Shown here piece after piece: positions 40,714-55,537 of a DNA stretch of 64,000 nt. The stretch comes from Octopus vulgaris (lineage: Eukaryota): assembly GCA_951406725.2 (NCBI GenBank), contig OX597815.1, positions 29,636,001 to 29,700,000 of the forward strand, written 5' to 3'. Made by a program: the position numbers and the translations under genes. Numbering within the stretch: position 1 is the stretch's first letter; each line of letters starts with the position of its first letter. The notes beneath the pieces are model-generated. The model worked only from the letters and a program-made list of their open reading frames with translations, had not been told where the DNA came from and made no database searches.

Positions 40714-40869
40714 TAGTTTATCCTCAATATCTTTTAGTTGACTTTGTGTCTTGATATTCTGAATGTTATTGTTTATTTCGGTAACAAAATAGTCTACAGA
40801 GAATTGACCTGGCAGTTGACCATTTTGTTGTTCTGTTGCCAGTAACTTTTGCAAGCATATCATCATCAT
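40714..40869 (-). CDS. EVC2: EVC2/limbin-like exon (MMMICLQKLLATEQQNGQLPGQFSVDYFVTEINNNIQNIKTQSQLKDIEDKL)
   Basis: tttcag acceptor, CTA|gtaagt donor, 156 nt, phase 0-0. Confidence 0.82.
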
Positions 40870-43619
40870 CTGAAAGGAAATAAAAAGAACTGTTTATTTG
40901 ATGATTTAAAAAAAAATGTTTGTTTTGATCAGATAAGCATTCATCAGATTTGAAGTGAACAGTTGTTTATAGTGATAGTTGTTTTCCATCACTTATATTT
41001 ATCCCATAGGCATTAACGGTCTTTGTGAGAAGTAATATGACCGCACCAGAAATGGAAATCAAGCTGCTTGATAGCTTGGAGCTCCTTTCTCTTACACTCT
41101 ATACTATGTAAATCATTATATTAAACCATTTAATGACGAAAATCCAAAACAAGCAGCTCACAGTAAGCAGACACTGCAAGTTAATTTCGATTCATTAGAA
41201 GGAATATCAGTAATTTACTCATCTTCCATGATATCCCCAGGAACCGTTCTTTGTTGCCTGAAGCTGAGTTTCAGTTTCTAGATAAATTTTCATTTGCGTT
41301 GCTAGTGTCATAAGTCATATAAATCATGTCTTCCTGTTTTCAAAGAGCTAAACAACACGATATCCCTTTCTCTGAGACCAATCATTCTTTAAAGTAATTA
41401 TTTGCTTTAAATCCCCCGACGTGGCAATTTATATTTTTCATTTGAAATAAATATACAATCGAATTATAAATTATACGACACTCTCCAAACCGCTTTATAT
41501 TCATATATAGCATTCAATACTTTCTCTCTGAACAAGGTGCATTCTATTCGAACTTTGATCTTCTGAAGATAATCAAAACAGGATCAAGATACAGCACCGT
41601 AACTTTAAATAATTAAACAAAATAAGATATTTTAGTTGTCAGAATTGCAGGTGAACGGATAATCCATTGCACCGTAGGGACACTAATGCATTATTCAACT
41701 TCATGTTGTTTATCGAGTGTAAGTCATCCTAATGAAGATCACCACACTACAAGTTATAACATCTGAGCTTGGTAAAATAGTCTGATCTTACCGTATAGTG
41801 CAATCTTTTCCTCTCACTGTATCTAGTTTAAAGCTCTTTATACAAGTCATAGTTGTCTAATTTGCCAATAACCAAAGCTTCAACTATCTTTCATTCAGTC
41901 TTTGATGAAAATACTAGAGATGAAACATTAGATTCTTTATTATTCACGGCAGTTGGATTTATCGAGTTCTTCCAATAATTCTCTTAACAAATCCATCAGT
42001 TAAACAGAAGCCCAACCGCTTTCGGACGTAAGTTAGAAATAAACGTAGACTCTATATACAACTGTGCAAACCGAACCTGCTAAGACTGAATATCTTGGCA
42101 ATGGACATAAATAGTCCAAGACCCCTTTAAATTAATCAGAATTACCGTAGTTGAAAATTTCGGATTAGTTAGAAATTTCTATTTAAGAAGTACAGACCGA
42201 AGGAAACAATTACCAATTTCTAAATAAGCTATATTTTACGACAATCATAATACATAGATTAATTACTATATTACAGATGTCTTTGTAGAGTATAACGTTC
42301 CAATCAGATGAAAGAGAACCAATTAACTATTTATCTGTCAGTAGAAATTAAATCATCATAAACATGTCGATTAAAGGAGTTTCTTTTGAATTCGCTGAAA
42401 AGAAAATACAAACAGACCTCATTACTTTTGATTTGCTGGGAAAGATCACTAATATCTGACTTCACTCAAAGAAGAAACTTATGTCATCTTCTATTCATCT
42501 CTGTAACGAGTAGGATGTATTAACGAACTTCTTAGCTTCTTGAAATTGTTTACTGATATCATATTTTAATCATAGAATTATCGAGAACTTTCCTAGGTTC
42601 AAGAACTTTACGACGTTGATATTTACGAAATGTTTACGAAGAAGGATATTATGAAGACTTTCAGCAAATGTATAAGATGATGTTCTTTTGTATTTATTTC
42701 AAATTGAATTGACTACTGAGCAAATTGATATCGATTCTTGATCAATGACTCCACTACATTGAGAATCCGGAGATGTGGACGATAACATACATAGCCAAGA
42801 AAACAAACATTATTTACTATTTCCCTTTTAGCCACACAGAACAAAAATAAGCCGAATCCTAAAACCAGATTCGATTTCTGATTGAAGCCACTTCACTTAC
42901 GCCACAAATATCCTCTTTCCAACACTAATGGTGAATTTTGTATTTAGTCAAAAGAAGCAAATATATATCTCTTATCTGAAGACTATAAAAGCTCAGTATT
43001 GCACTTGTTTCGAATTGCTGGACTCCAACATCACAAACCTCTCATGGAAAATACATTTATACGTTCTTTAGTAAGACTATATTACTATATTCAGTGTACA
43101 ATAATTTTGTTGTTCGAAGCTATCAAGAATCAGCCCGTTATTCATGTAATCTGAAATGAAAAATAAAGATCAAAAGAGTTCCGCAAGAAATTGAATTAGA
43201 AAAATCTTTATATAACTCGCATTTCCCAACGACATAGTTCTGATTTAAATGTGTATGCAATACATAAAAAATAACTTTACCGTATGAAAGAATTCTCTTA
43301 TAATATCTTACTTGTGATGACAGCTAATAAGGATTCTAGCTTATAACTTTACTTTGAATTATTGAATTTCGCAATTTTATTTTCTTACGCCAACATATGT
43401 TCAACACTGTATTTATTTCTTTACTACTTCAGCGAATATAGTAAAGTTTGTTCTTCGCTCGTGTATGAGATCAGAGTAAAAATGAAACATGTCCAGAGAT
43501 GCCCCTTGTACTTTTCGGAAAAAATGATAGGAAAATAATAATAGTCACTGACCAATATCACCTTTTATTCACCTTATGTTTATTTATAGCCAGCTTTTTA
43601 ACGGTTAAGTTGCTCATAC

Positions 43620-43704
43620 CTTTTCTTTATCTTCTCTGCAATATTCTTCGAACTTTTCGACCCTTTCAACATTCTGTTTGCTCGTTTCTTCTTCAATCGT
43701 TTCA
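43620..43704 (-). CDS. EVC2: EVC2/limbin-like exon (S-ETIEEETSKQNVERVEKFEEYCREDKEK)
   Basis: ttcaag acceptor, AAG|gtatga donor, 85 nt, phase 2-0. Confidence 0.72.
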
Positions 43705-43859
43705 CTTGAAGGTAATAATATAATTATTAGTAAAATAAGTAGACCGAAGACAAATTATGTGAAAACAGTTTTATTTAGGAATAAGAGTTTCATTTATTTT
43801 GAAACGTGTTTTATTTAGAAACAATTATTTTAATGGTAAATATCAAAACTCTGGGCAAC

Positions 43860-44007
43860 GTGCAGGAGTGGCTGTGTGGTAAGTAGCTTGCTAACCAACC
43901 ACATGGTTCCGGGTTCAGTCCCACTGCGTGGCATCTTGGGCAAGTGTCTTCTGCTATAGCACCGGGCCGACCAATGCCTTGTGAGAGGAAACTGAAAGAA
44001 GCCTGTC

Positions 44008-44070
<63 letters not shown>

Positions 44071-44310
44071 GGTTTGTGTGTCTGTGTGGGTTTGTGTGTC
44101 TTTGTTTGTCCCCCCTAGCATTGCTTGACAACCGATAGTGGTGTGTTTACATCCCCGTCGCTTAGCGGTTCGGCAAAAGAGACCGATAGAATAAGTACTG
44201 GGCTTACAAAGAATAAGTCCCGGGGTCGATTTGATCGACTAGAGGCAGTGCTCCAGCATGGCCGCAGTCAAATGACTGAAACAAGTAAAAGAGTAAAAGA
44301 GTAAAAGAGT
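43860..44310 (+). mobile_element. SINE family B, near full length
   Basis: tRNA-like head, internal TA/TG tract, (gtaaaaga)n tail. Confidence 0.88.
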
Positions 44311-44869
44311 AACGTAAATAAAGGAAAATTAGTACAACCTATTGAAACTTCCATTTTAAGCTCACCAGAGGTTTTTAGCTCTTATACTCTGGTCTTTGTA
44401 GGAAGTAGACATAGACTTCGAGAATCAAGACCAGTTCATTGTAGTTGCTCTTATGCTGCTTCGGTCAGCATCACTTGAATTCCTTTGAAATACACTCACA
44501 GTTCTTTTTTTTTGTTTTATTAAAGTAGACCTATAACCAAAGGCTTTCCTGTTGTGAGTATCGCGATTTTTAAAGGATAGTGCATCTAGATCTATATTAT
44601 CTATTTTGACCTTCCTTTGTAAGACACTACTGTGTAAACTTAAAGGATATTTGGCGGTTATTTCTAGAATGTCGGTTGACTACGTTGTAGTGAGAAGAAA
44701 GTTTGAAATATATTCTACACACGTAATTAAAGGTTTGTGGTTGAAATACTATCTCTTTATAATTTTAATTTTCGGAAAACAAAACAACAACCATAAATTA
44801 AAAGAGTTAAATGTCTGATTGAAGGAGACAGTCTATAATAGGGATATATTTAACAAATGTAGCCCTTAC

Positions 44870-44994
44870 CTGCTCTTCTGCAGCAAAATATCCGCCATAC
44901 CACTATGGTATTGAGTCTTGACAAGATTTTGTTCGGTGAAATTTGTGTTTGATGCAGGAAAATACTGTTGAGATTCGCTTTGTTCTGGAAAATT
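44870..44994 (-). CDS. EVC2: EVC2/limbin-like exon (NFPEQSESQQYFPASNTNFTEQNLVKTQYHSGMADILLQKS)
   Basis: AG|gtaagg donor (phase 2 matches next exon); MADIL resembles EVC2 MIDIL; acceptor less certain. Confidence 0.65.
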
Positions 44995-47900
44995 CTTTAG
45001 AAATAGAGTATTTATTTTGATATCATTTATTGGAATATTGTTAATGTCGAACAGGTCTGAGTCAGCTATGATCAAGCAGACCACGAGCAAAAATATCTCG
45101 ACTGTAACCATCCCTTCTTTTTTTTTTTTTTGGTAACTAAGGCTATGTCCCCTAATGTGTCTCTCCAATATATAAGACGAGAAGGTGGAATTTGAGGGAT
45201 ATTTACAGCTATATCTAGCATGTCTTGCAATTATTTAGAGTTTTCCTCTTTGGCTAGTTGTGATTTATTTATATATCGCTGCAGAGATAATGGTTTCCTC
45301 AGTAATGTTTAACAGTTTTTTTTAACTAATGTTTTTCGCAATTAAGATTAATTTCCAATAATCGCTGATGGATGGCTACATTTTCTGCCTGATTGATAAC
45401 TGCCTCCCTTATCGAAAAATCTTCATAAGTCTAATCGATCGCCTTATAATGTATTCTCTCGATGCCTCTTCTACAGTTACTATAACGAATATCAGCATTA
45501 TTACTACGTATCCACCTATATCCATCGTATAGCAATATTTCCTCATATTTTATTGGCACTGAGTCTACTTTTCCATTGAGAAAGTATCCGTTACAATATC
45601 ACCGCTGCAGCATATAATAATGATATTTTTTCTGACAAGCCACTCTCCATATTCCAGGATCTGTAAAGGGCCCAGTCATTACTTTTCCCTTATTTACATT
45701 AACCACTTATTTTCTGTCACATTAAACTACATATGTAAATATGTCTACACCCTCTAGTATCTATCTTCTTAAAGAATCAACCAAGTCTCCTTCAAATCAC
45801 AGCCTGATGTTTTTTTAAAAGAAAGAAACATTACATAATAGTCCTGGATATAATATGCCTTAAGCAAAAGATTGATGGTCATAGCTCGGATGTCTTAAAC
45901 TGTAGATCTGCTTAATTAGGACTGACCAAATACAGCACAGCAATAAAAACAGCAACACCAACATCTACAATCCCTCTCATCACTGTCTGAGGTGAGTGGA
46001 TAGAGCTTACCCACGAGTAAAATCATCCCCTCTATCGAATTTGTACATATGTCCTGAATAGAGGCTTTGAAGACATCTTGCAAGGGCAACATGACAACAT
46101 AGTCCCATACAATACCAATTTATAGGTTAATGTATGTCTTAAGAGTGCTTCTGTCTCCTATTTATGAAACGTATACAAATGTAGCCATTCAGCGCAAACA
46201 TACATATGCAACACATGCAGACAATTTCAAGAAATTAAAGATTAATATCTCAAAGCTAATTTATAAGCTTAGGATACAGCGGCTGAGGGGGTGAACATTT
46301 GTTAAAAATTCATTCACACTAAATTGCTCAAATAAGTGCATATATGTAAAGTAGAAAGAAAATATGATTAAAAAATTGTCAAAAGCGCAATCCAAAGATA
46401 TTTTATGACAATTTGAGTTTTCGTGTTTTGAGTGTTGAGCTACAGTTTTCGGGGAAGAAATTTTTGAGGGTGAATTTCATCAGGACCTCAAAGCCTGTCT
46501 ATTTTCCCCGCTAAATCTAAAATAACATACCAACCCTGTTACACCTCCTTACTAAGGCTATGAAGTGATCGGAAATCAATTATTATTGTTCTTATTGTTG
46601 GATCAATCTCTATCTGTGATCTTGCGAGTGCTCTCCTCCATGTAGGAAGTTGACGTAGAGAGGTACAAGAACATTTGCACAGATCATAACATTTTCCTTC
46701 TTGAAAATGTTCCTCAAGACCACAATCAGCTTATAGGTGGACTCTGGATTTGTATCATTCCGACGTTACATAAAGTTCTACGTTACTTCTAGGAATTGGT
46801 TGAATTAAACAATGGTAAAGGATTCGGGAACTTAGATGAAAGTTGAATGGAAGGTCGCAATAAAGTTTCATGGAGAATAAGAACCAACTTATCACAGAAA
46901 ACTCCCCAGGTAATGAACCTCTGAGGAGGATGCGGACTGTTTCTGATCCATTGGTCCTTTTCGAGAAAATGAAGGTGCAACCTTTTTTCAGACAATGTGA
47001 TGTATATGGACACTCGTTTCGTTAGTGTAAGAACAAAAATGTGGCTAGTACTACTGTAAAATCTGATGATTACTTGTTTAACGAGATGATGCTATAATGT
47101 GTTAAAACAAGTTATCCTTATGGTAAATCGTATTTGTTCTTTATTTCAATCCAAATTATACCCATTTGAGTGTTTTGGGCTCAAAAGTAAAAAAGTCCCG
47201 CCATTAATTTGACACTGTAGAATGACCACACCTGAGAACAGTAGTCCAGAGGAGCTTGGAATTTTCCTGAATAAAATTGCATGTTTTCTTCAGCCCCCCC
47301 CCACACATATGGCATCTAGGTCTTTCTGTAAAAGGTTGACTTTCATATGCACTTAATTAAATATTTAAATTTTGACCGACAAGCAATCGTTTTAGCTTAA
47401 TGATTATATATATATATATATCGATTATATTTAAGTTAGTAATAATGTCATACGTTTATAACGCAGTAAAATGATATTGCATTGTTTATATCTACCCATA
47501 GGAAATGTAGAAGGAAGCAGGAAAAGAAATAGTTACATCCAAGGATCACAGACAGTTATAGTTTCTCCTGCGATGTTCATATTTCTATATATTTTTGTTT
47601 TGAATATACACAAAAATTGGCCAGTGATTAAAACTGCATTTCAGTTTTGGCCTATCATAAACCATGTTTTTGCCAATTTGTGTCTTCTTTCCAAAATTTT
47701 AACTGCGTAAGTAAAGTAGGCGTGCATTCGAGCGAGAATTGAATCGCAGTTTCACACTTCGTTTCCATGAGCTTACCCGTTACTAAGCAGCACTCGCTGA
47801 AATATCTGTAAGTATGCATGAATAAATATGCCAGGAAGTAAGTGAATAAAGTACTGAGTTCATCTATTGGGTGGTATCTGTTTAGCTTGATAAATTTGAT

Positions 47901-48405
47901 TGAGTCAGTATTACTTTAGAAAACAAATATTAGCTTTAACGCAAACATTCAGGCTCACTATAAAATGTCTTGAATTCATTCATTAACGTATTAATGTTTT
48001 TGCTGTTGTTACTGTGTAAACATGTTCATGAAACTATTGATCATGTTCTTTCAATACTCTCCAGTATTGAATAGCTACACAACAATTATCAGAGTAGCTT
48101 GTTATTTTATTCAGGATGATCTGTAAATATCAGTAAATGCTTCACTTCAAATAAATAGTATAAAATACATCTCAGAAAGAGTCTACGAAACTATATCCCC
48201 CTAAGATATAAAGTGATGCACCAATAACAAAATAATTTCATCTCTGATAATATAGTCAAATCAGAGCTATTGAAATAGAGAATGATAGCAAGGCATTTAA
48301 CAGTCAAAAATAGTAAATATTTCAGCTTCAACCTGCTGGGAACAATTTAAAATTTCAAAATCCATTTTCTTCAACTTTTCATTAAGTGGCTTCAGTTACA
48401 TTGTG

Positions 48406-48450
<45 letters not shown>

Positions 48451-48472
48451 TGTGTGTCTGTCTGTCTGTATG

Positions 48473-48642
<170 letters not shown>

Positions 48643-49003
48643 TCAAGTCCTCATTAAAAGCCTGTGGTATGCAGGAGACTGATTGGGAGAGCAATAACTG
48701 TCATTGCCACAGATGGAGGAAGCTGGATAAGGAGGGGCTTAACACATTTGAGAGAGCACGTATTCTGCACGAAGAACTTAAGCGTGCGGTTCGAAAACGC
48801 ACTGCTGGTGATTGGTTTCCAATGTTTGTAGTCGTGTGTGCTTGACAAAAGCAGGGGTCATTAGTCACCAACGGAGCCGCAAATGCAAAATATAAGTTTG
48901 TCCTAGAGCGCACAATGTTCCTGAAAGTCAGCAATGGTCTTCCTCAGTTACGAGTAGACGGCCATCATATATACATACATACATACATACAAACACACAC
49001 ACA

Positions 49004-49090
<87 letters not shown>

Positions 49091-49276
49091 GTATAAATAT
49101 GTATAGGTTAATGGGCAATTCATCGAAAGACAGTTGGCCGACAGACAACTTACAGACAGGACAATTTCCCGAAAGGACAATATGTCAATATTTTTTGAAA
49201 ACAAAGTAAAAATTTCGAAAATTTTTTATTATACTTACAAATAAAAACAATTTATTTATTTATTTTGACACTAAAC

Positions 49277-49691
49277 ATACTCTTTTACTCTTTTACTTGT
49301 TTCAGTCATTTGACTGTGGCCATGCTGGAGCACCGCCTTTAGTCGAGTAAATCGACCCCAGGACTTATTCTTTGTAAGCCTAGTACTTATTCTATCAGTC
49401 TCTTTTTTTCCGAACCGCTAAGTTACAGGGACGTAAACACACCAGCATCGGTTGTCAAGCGATGTTGGGGGGGGGGGACAAACACAGACACACAAACACA
49501 CAGACAAATATATATATACATATATACGACGGGCTTCTTTCAGTTTCCGTCTACTAAATCCACTCACAAGGCTTTAGTCGGCCCGAGGCTATAGTAGAAG
49601 ACACTTGCCCAAAGTGCCACGCAGTGGGACTGAACCCGGAACCATGTGGTTGGTAAGCCTGCTACTTACCACACAGCCACTCCCGGGCCTA
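49277..49691 (-). mobile_element. SINE family B, full length
   Basis: Reverse-complement match to 43860-44310. Confidence 0.88.
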
Positions 49692-50232
49692 TGGTGATTT
49701 CTTCCGTACAAATCCAGTTTGTTAGGTTTTACAAAAGCAATTCTTATAACATTATTGAGAGAGGCGTTACAATATGTAAGTGTATGTGTCTATGTAATGT
49801 TTCTGTGTAAGCGTGTGTCTGCGTGAGCCACCTTGGATCGTAACCAGTTTCTATGGACTGCTAAATCCGTATTTGTTGAAGCGAAACTAAAGAAATCTGC
49901 AGGCTTTATTGACTAGTCTTACATATTAAATGTTTTACCCCTACTTCCAATATCGAAGACTCTGTCTTTCTTCCTTTAGGTGCTACAATGTAATATTCAT
50001 ATATATATATATAAATACACCCCCCCACACACACATACACATAAGGAACCCCTTCGGTCATGAATGGCCTTGAGATTACACCTAGAAAGTTACCCTCAGT
50101 GATATAAGAAGTATAAACATATATTTTTTTATTCTCATATTTCCCATTATACTTCTTATATATCTATCTTTCCAAAATAAATTCCTATATTGAACTCTAT
50201 TTTTTCCTTCAATTTAAAACTCTCTCATATCT

Positions 50233-50278
50233 TCTCTGATGCCGGGATATCTTTTATATCCATGAAACAGCTGTAAGA
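50233..50278 (+). ncRNA. Degenerate type I hammerhead motif
   Basis: tct CTGATGC cg-ggatat-ctttt-atatcc-at GAAAC agct GTA aga; palindromic stem III, one core substitution. Confidence 0.5.
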
Positions 50279-50360
50279 CTACCTTTCACTTCATAAATGT
50301 CCTAGAAATTTCACACTGCCTTGGCTTTGTTGTCTCATCTTATGTAACATACACACACAC

Positions 50361-50418
<58 letters not shown>

Positions 50419-50848
50419 TCGTGTGTGTGCGTGTTTTCCCCCCATCACCGCTTGATACCGGTTCGGCAAAAGAGATTGATAAGATAAGTATCAAGCTTTA
50501 ACAAGAAATAAGTACTGGAGCTGATTTGCTCGATTAAAAACCCTAGGAGGCGGTGCCCAGCATGGCTGCAGTCAACAATAAATATTCTTGATCAATATAC
50601 TTCGTTGTCGAATGAGTCCTGTTTTATTATACAATATAAGTAGAGTCGTATTTGAAGTAGGATTTACCTGATTCAAGTTTCACAAATAGAATGTACACAC
50701 ATACACAGACACATATACACATAACAGCTTATATAATATACGCATTTGTGTGCATTTAATATAATATACACGTACATGCAGGAATACAAAATACAAAATG
50801 GCTGACCGTTAGTAAGGAGAGACACACAAATAAGAAAGAAGAAAGCAA

Positions 50849-50894
50849 AGGACTACTGATGAGGTCACAGAAGTGTGACGAAAGAACTCTGGCC
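50849..50894 (+). ncRNA. Compact hammerhead-like motif
   Basis: ggacta CTGATGA g-gtcac-agaagt-gtgac GAAAG aa CTC tggcc. Confidence 0.45.
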
Positions 50895-51065
50895 GAAATA
50901 AGATTAAGATTAATGTAAAAAATAAATAACACTTGAGCAAAGTAACACCAAATATATAGTGCGCGTGTTTTTATTGGCTAAACTGTCAAAATGACCATTC
51001 CTAAATACAACAATACACACACAGACACGCACACAGACACACACACATACACAGACACACACAGA

Positions 51066-51118
<53 letters not shown>

Positions 51119-51133
51119 ACTATACTGTATATA

Positions 51134-51971
51134 CGAGGGGAAACCCCAAAGTAACCTGAAACGTTCTCTGTGTGACAAGCCCGTTGTAGTTCAGGCTTCC
51201 GTCACTAGAAGCTACTTGTTCAACTCTCAGTCAACAGCCGGTGAGGTCACACTCCCACGTGGTGCGTCTTTGTTTTGCAGTGCTTCTCTCCTGTTCGTCG
51301 ATTTTTGCGATGGCTGAAACGAAGGAACAGCGTGTCCGTGAAATTCTGCTTTCTGCTGGGGAAAACGGCGGCCGAAACAGTTGTCGTGCATCAAACAGCT
51401 TACTAGACCGCTGCCATGAGCAAAACACAAGTTTACAAGTGGTTTTCACGCTTTAGGAATAGTCACTTGTTGCTAGAAGACCAACCTCGTTCAGGACGAT
51501 CGTCCACCTTCCGAATGAATGAAGACATCATGAAAATTCATGAACTGATCTTGGAGGACCGTCACCGAACAATTTACGAAGTTGTTGACATGACTGGTGT
51601 ATCCTAGAGCTCCTGCCAACGAATTTTGAGCGAGGAATTGCGAATGAAAAGAGTTTCAGCAAAATTTGCGCCTCACTTGCTCATGGAAGTTCAAAAGCAG
51701 TCACAACTGCGTGTCATGAACTGAAAGAACAGTTGGCAGTTGATCTGGACCTTTTCTGAAGATCATCACTAGTAACGAAAGCTGGCGCTACGGAATTTAA
51801 AGATGTGGAAGAGGTGAAGAAAGAAATGGCGGAGGCGTTAAAAGGCATCATTTCACGAGTTCCAGCGTCTGCCCTGCTGCATTGCTTCAAATGGAGAATA
51901 CTTTGAAGGCGATAAAAGTATAAACATGTAAAACTAAGTGAATAAAATAATATTGCAAAATTTCGGTTTCT

Positions 51972-51975
<4 letters not shown>
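51134..51975 (+). mobile_element. Internally deleted mariner, pseudogenised
   Basis: TA + cgagggg terminus; KFCFLLGKTAAET, VYKWFSRFR, EDQPRSGR, KRVSAKFAPHLL, CIASNGEYFEG. Confidence 0.9.
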
Positions 51976-52015
<40 letters not shown>

Positions 52016-52084
52016 GGAGTAAGCACATAAATGTGAAACAAGGTGGAAAAAAGAGTACTCAAATGCCAGAGGTAGATTAATATG

Positions 52085-52168
52085 CTTTATTTAAAGCAGC
52101 AGAAATATAACAAAAGCTGTTACTCCGAGTAACAGCTTTTGTTATATTTCTGCTGCTTTTAAATAAAG
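52085..52168. repeat. ~40-bp-arm hairpin palindrome terminating a PLE-like fragment
   Basis: aaagcagcagaaatataacaaaagctgttactc-c-gagtaacagcttttgttatatttctgctgcttt. Confidence 0.85.
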
Positions 52169-52278
52169 TGTATATATATATATATATATAGCATATATAT
52201 GTATGCGTATGTATGTATATATCTTTCTCTCTCTCTCTCTCTATATATATATATACACATGTATGTATACATACATAT

Positions 52279-52337
<59 letters not shown>

Positions 52338-52345
52338 TATAAATA

Positions 52346-53611
52346 CGAGGTCTGATCAATCAGTATCCGGACTAGTGCTATAAAAACAAAACTACAACAC
52401 GTACCAATCTGGTATTTAATTTCCTTCAAAGTAGTCTCATTCGGAAGCAATACACATAATCCAGCGCTGTTTCCATTGATGGAAACATTCCTGGAACTCG
52501 TGTTCTGGGATAATCAGCAGCTGCTTCGTCGCATTTGGTTTTTGGAAAGAGGAAAAAGTCGCAGGGGGCGAGATCTGAGAAATACAGTGACTGCCGGACC
52601 TAGGGAATGCTGTGTCTAGCCAAAGACTGCTGCACAAGCTGCGCTGAATGGGCAGGTGCGTTGTCATAGTGCAATTGCAACTCACCGGACGGTGCAACTG
52701 TGGCCTTCTCCGAAGAATAGCATCTTGCAAACGCCACAAAACGTCACGGTGGTACTCCTTGTTTACTGTCCGACTAGATGGAACATACTCACGAAGAACA
52801 ATCCCCTTGTAGTCGAAGAAAACATTCAACAGTGTCTTCACATTGCTACGAGTTATTCGTGCTTTCATCGGTCTTGGGGAGGTTGGGGTTTCCACTGCGA
52901 AGACTGAGCCTTTGTATCGGGGTCACATCCATAAACCCACGATTCTTCACCCGTTATGACCGTTTTCAAAACGTTTTCATCTTTCTCGACTCAACCAAGG
53001 TGATCTTGTGCAACTGAAAACTGAGTGTCTCTTTGGTAAGTTGAAAACAGCTTTGGCACAAACTCGGCAGACACGCGTCTCATATCCCAATCTGCAGCGA
53101 TAATGGACAGAACTGAACCGTAACTAATCTGCACATCCTCTGATTACTCACGGGTGGTGATTCGACGATTTCTCCTCACAGCTGAACACACATCTGTGAT
53201 ATGTTTCTCAGTTCTGCTGGTTGCGGGTCTCCCAGAACGTTCGTCACTACCGACAATTTTTTCGGCCATCTTGGAAACGACTGGACCACTCGTACCCTTG
53301 TGTGCTACTCATACACTCCTTTCCATACACTTTCTGCAACCTTACGAAGGCCTCTGCGCAGGTACTTCCAAGCTTTTGGCAAAATTTGATGCAGACTCTC
53401 TGCTCAACTTTCTCTGTCATGGTCAATGCGACGATCAGACACTAAACATTCCTTCCAATCACTTCTGTAAACAGCAGACATGAACTAGAACGTTAAAACT
53501 TAGTGTGCATGCATAGCAGAGTTCAAGGTCAATCTGTGCCAAGCAGCTTTACTCTGCGTACTTTAACTTCGTTACTATGGCAACAGTCCTGATACTTATT
53601 GATCACACTGC
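52346..53611 (-). mobile_element. Near full-length mariner with frameshifted transposase (ATG ~53420)
   Basis: TIRs cgaggtctgatcaatcagtatccggact / agtcctgatacttattgatca; MTEKVEQRVCIKFC, ITGEESWVYG, HYDNAPAH, SDLAPCDFFLFPK. Confidence 0.92.
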
Positions 53612-53639
53612 TTATATATATAGACATATCTATCTATCC

Positions 53640-53726
<87 letters not shown>

Positions 53727-54104
53727 AAACGGCGTATTGACCACAACGCTTCTGTATTTCGTACATTTTATTGATGCGAGTTAATATCGATGTTAATTTA
53801 TAATATTAGATTAATTGCTTCTGATTGAAAGAGATTAATTAATGTACCAAAATAACTCCAATACTTTGTGAAGGTTGGAGAGACTTAATTAGGAAATGTT
53901 GACAGGTGAATTTTTCTTCCTGCATTTATCATGTCTGATAAGGAAGACAATACATCGAAAGTTATCTATTTAACATCCAGTCTACTTCATTAAGAAATAC
54001 TAGTGATCTTTTAAAGTTTTTCTGCAGTCTGTCATTTATATATCAATAATCTGTCTGTCTGTCTGTGTCCCTGTCTGACTGCCTAGCTCTCCCTCTCTTT
54101 CTTC

Positions 54105-54173
<69 letters not shown>

Positions 54174-54836
54174 GGTATGTCTGTCCGTCTGTCTGTCTGC
54201 CTGCCTGCCGGTCTGTCTGCCTGTCTGCCGGTCTGCCAATCTGTCTGCCTGCCTGTCGGTCTATGTATGTATGTATGTATCTATCAACCTACTACTTATG
54301 TATATATGTATGTATGTATGTATGCATGCGTGCGTGCATGCATGCATATATGTATGCATATATGTATGCATGCATATATGTATGTATATATGTATGTACG
54401 TATAAATGCATGCGTGCATGCATGCATGCATGTATGCATGTATGCATGCATATATATCTGTCTGTCTGTCTGTCTGTATGTATGTATATATCGAATCACA
54501 AAGCCCTGATCCTCAGATCTGTTTGACAACGAATGAATGAAAATCCTCCCAAAAAGTTAACATTACTTTTTCAAATATATACATACATATAGATATATAA
54601 CCTTTTGTAAAATCTACTTGATAGAGTTACGATGATTAGAAAAATATTATTTTAAAAGTTAACTATCAAAAAAAAAATTCCTGTAACATTTGTGGAAGAA
54701 TTTTGTATATAGTAATTTATGTATTTCGTTTTTCAACTTTTCAAACTTACCCTTTCTGGGCTAATGCCTAAAGAGGAAGTTGTCTTTTGTAATAGCACTT
54801 ACTCAGCATTACCTCACACCTTTGGGTCTTCTTGAC

Positions 54837-54916
<80 letters not shown>

Positions 54917-54949
54917 ATATATATATATATGTATATATATACATATATA

Positions 54950-55247
54950 TACATCCCAGTTAATTCGATCAACGGAACAACTGGCCGGTGAAATTAACGT
55001 GCATGTGGCTGAGCACTCCATAGACACGTCTACCCTTAACGTAGTTCTCAGGGAGATTCAGCGCGACACAGAGTATAACAAGGCTGGACCTTTGAAATAC
55101 AGGTACTACTCATTTTTGCTAGCTGCTTTAACTGGAGCAACGTAAAATAAAGTGTCTTGCTTAAGGACACAACGCATCACTGGGAATTGAACTCACGACC
55201 TTGCGATCGCAAGCCGAATACCCTAACCACTAAGCCATGCACCTTCA
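54950..55247 (-). mobile_element. tRNA-derived SINE related to family D head
   Basis: ggtgcatggcttagtggttaggg A-box, gagttcaattccc B-box. Confidence 0.75.
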
Positions 55248-55295
55248 TGTAAGTGTATGTGTATGTGTGTATGAATGTGTACGTATGTATGTATG

Positions 55296-55356
<61 letters not shown>

Positions 55357-55367
55357 TTTTTTTTATG

Positions 55368-55437
<70 letters not shown>

Positions 55438-55537
55438 TTATATATATGTATGATGTTTGTCTGTCTGTATGTATCTATCTATTTATCGAAATTGTTTTTA
55501 TGTTCAGTTATGATAAAAGCAATCTTACATTAATCTG

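Noticed and set aside
40950-43450. Possible ancient retroelement (GLGL-like motif near 42120, minus strand)
   Set aside because: Too decayed to support a call without a search
44366-44482. AG...GTGAG-bounded segment
   Set aside because: Stops in all three frames
53930-53975. CTGATAA...GAAA hammerhead candidate (also 15935-15955 on the minus strand)
   Set aside because: Stems I and III cannot be formed convincingly
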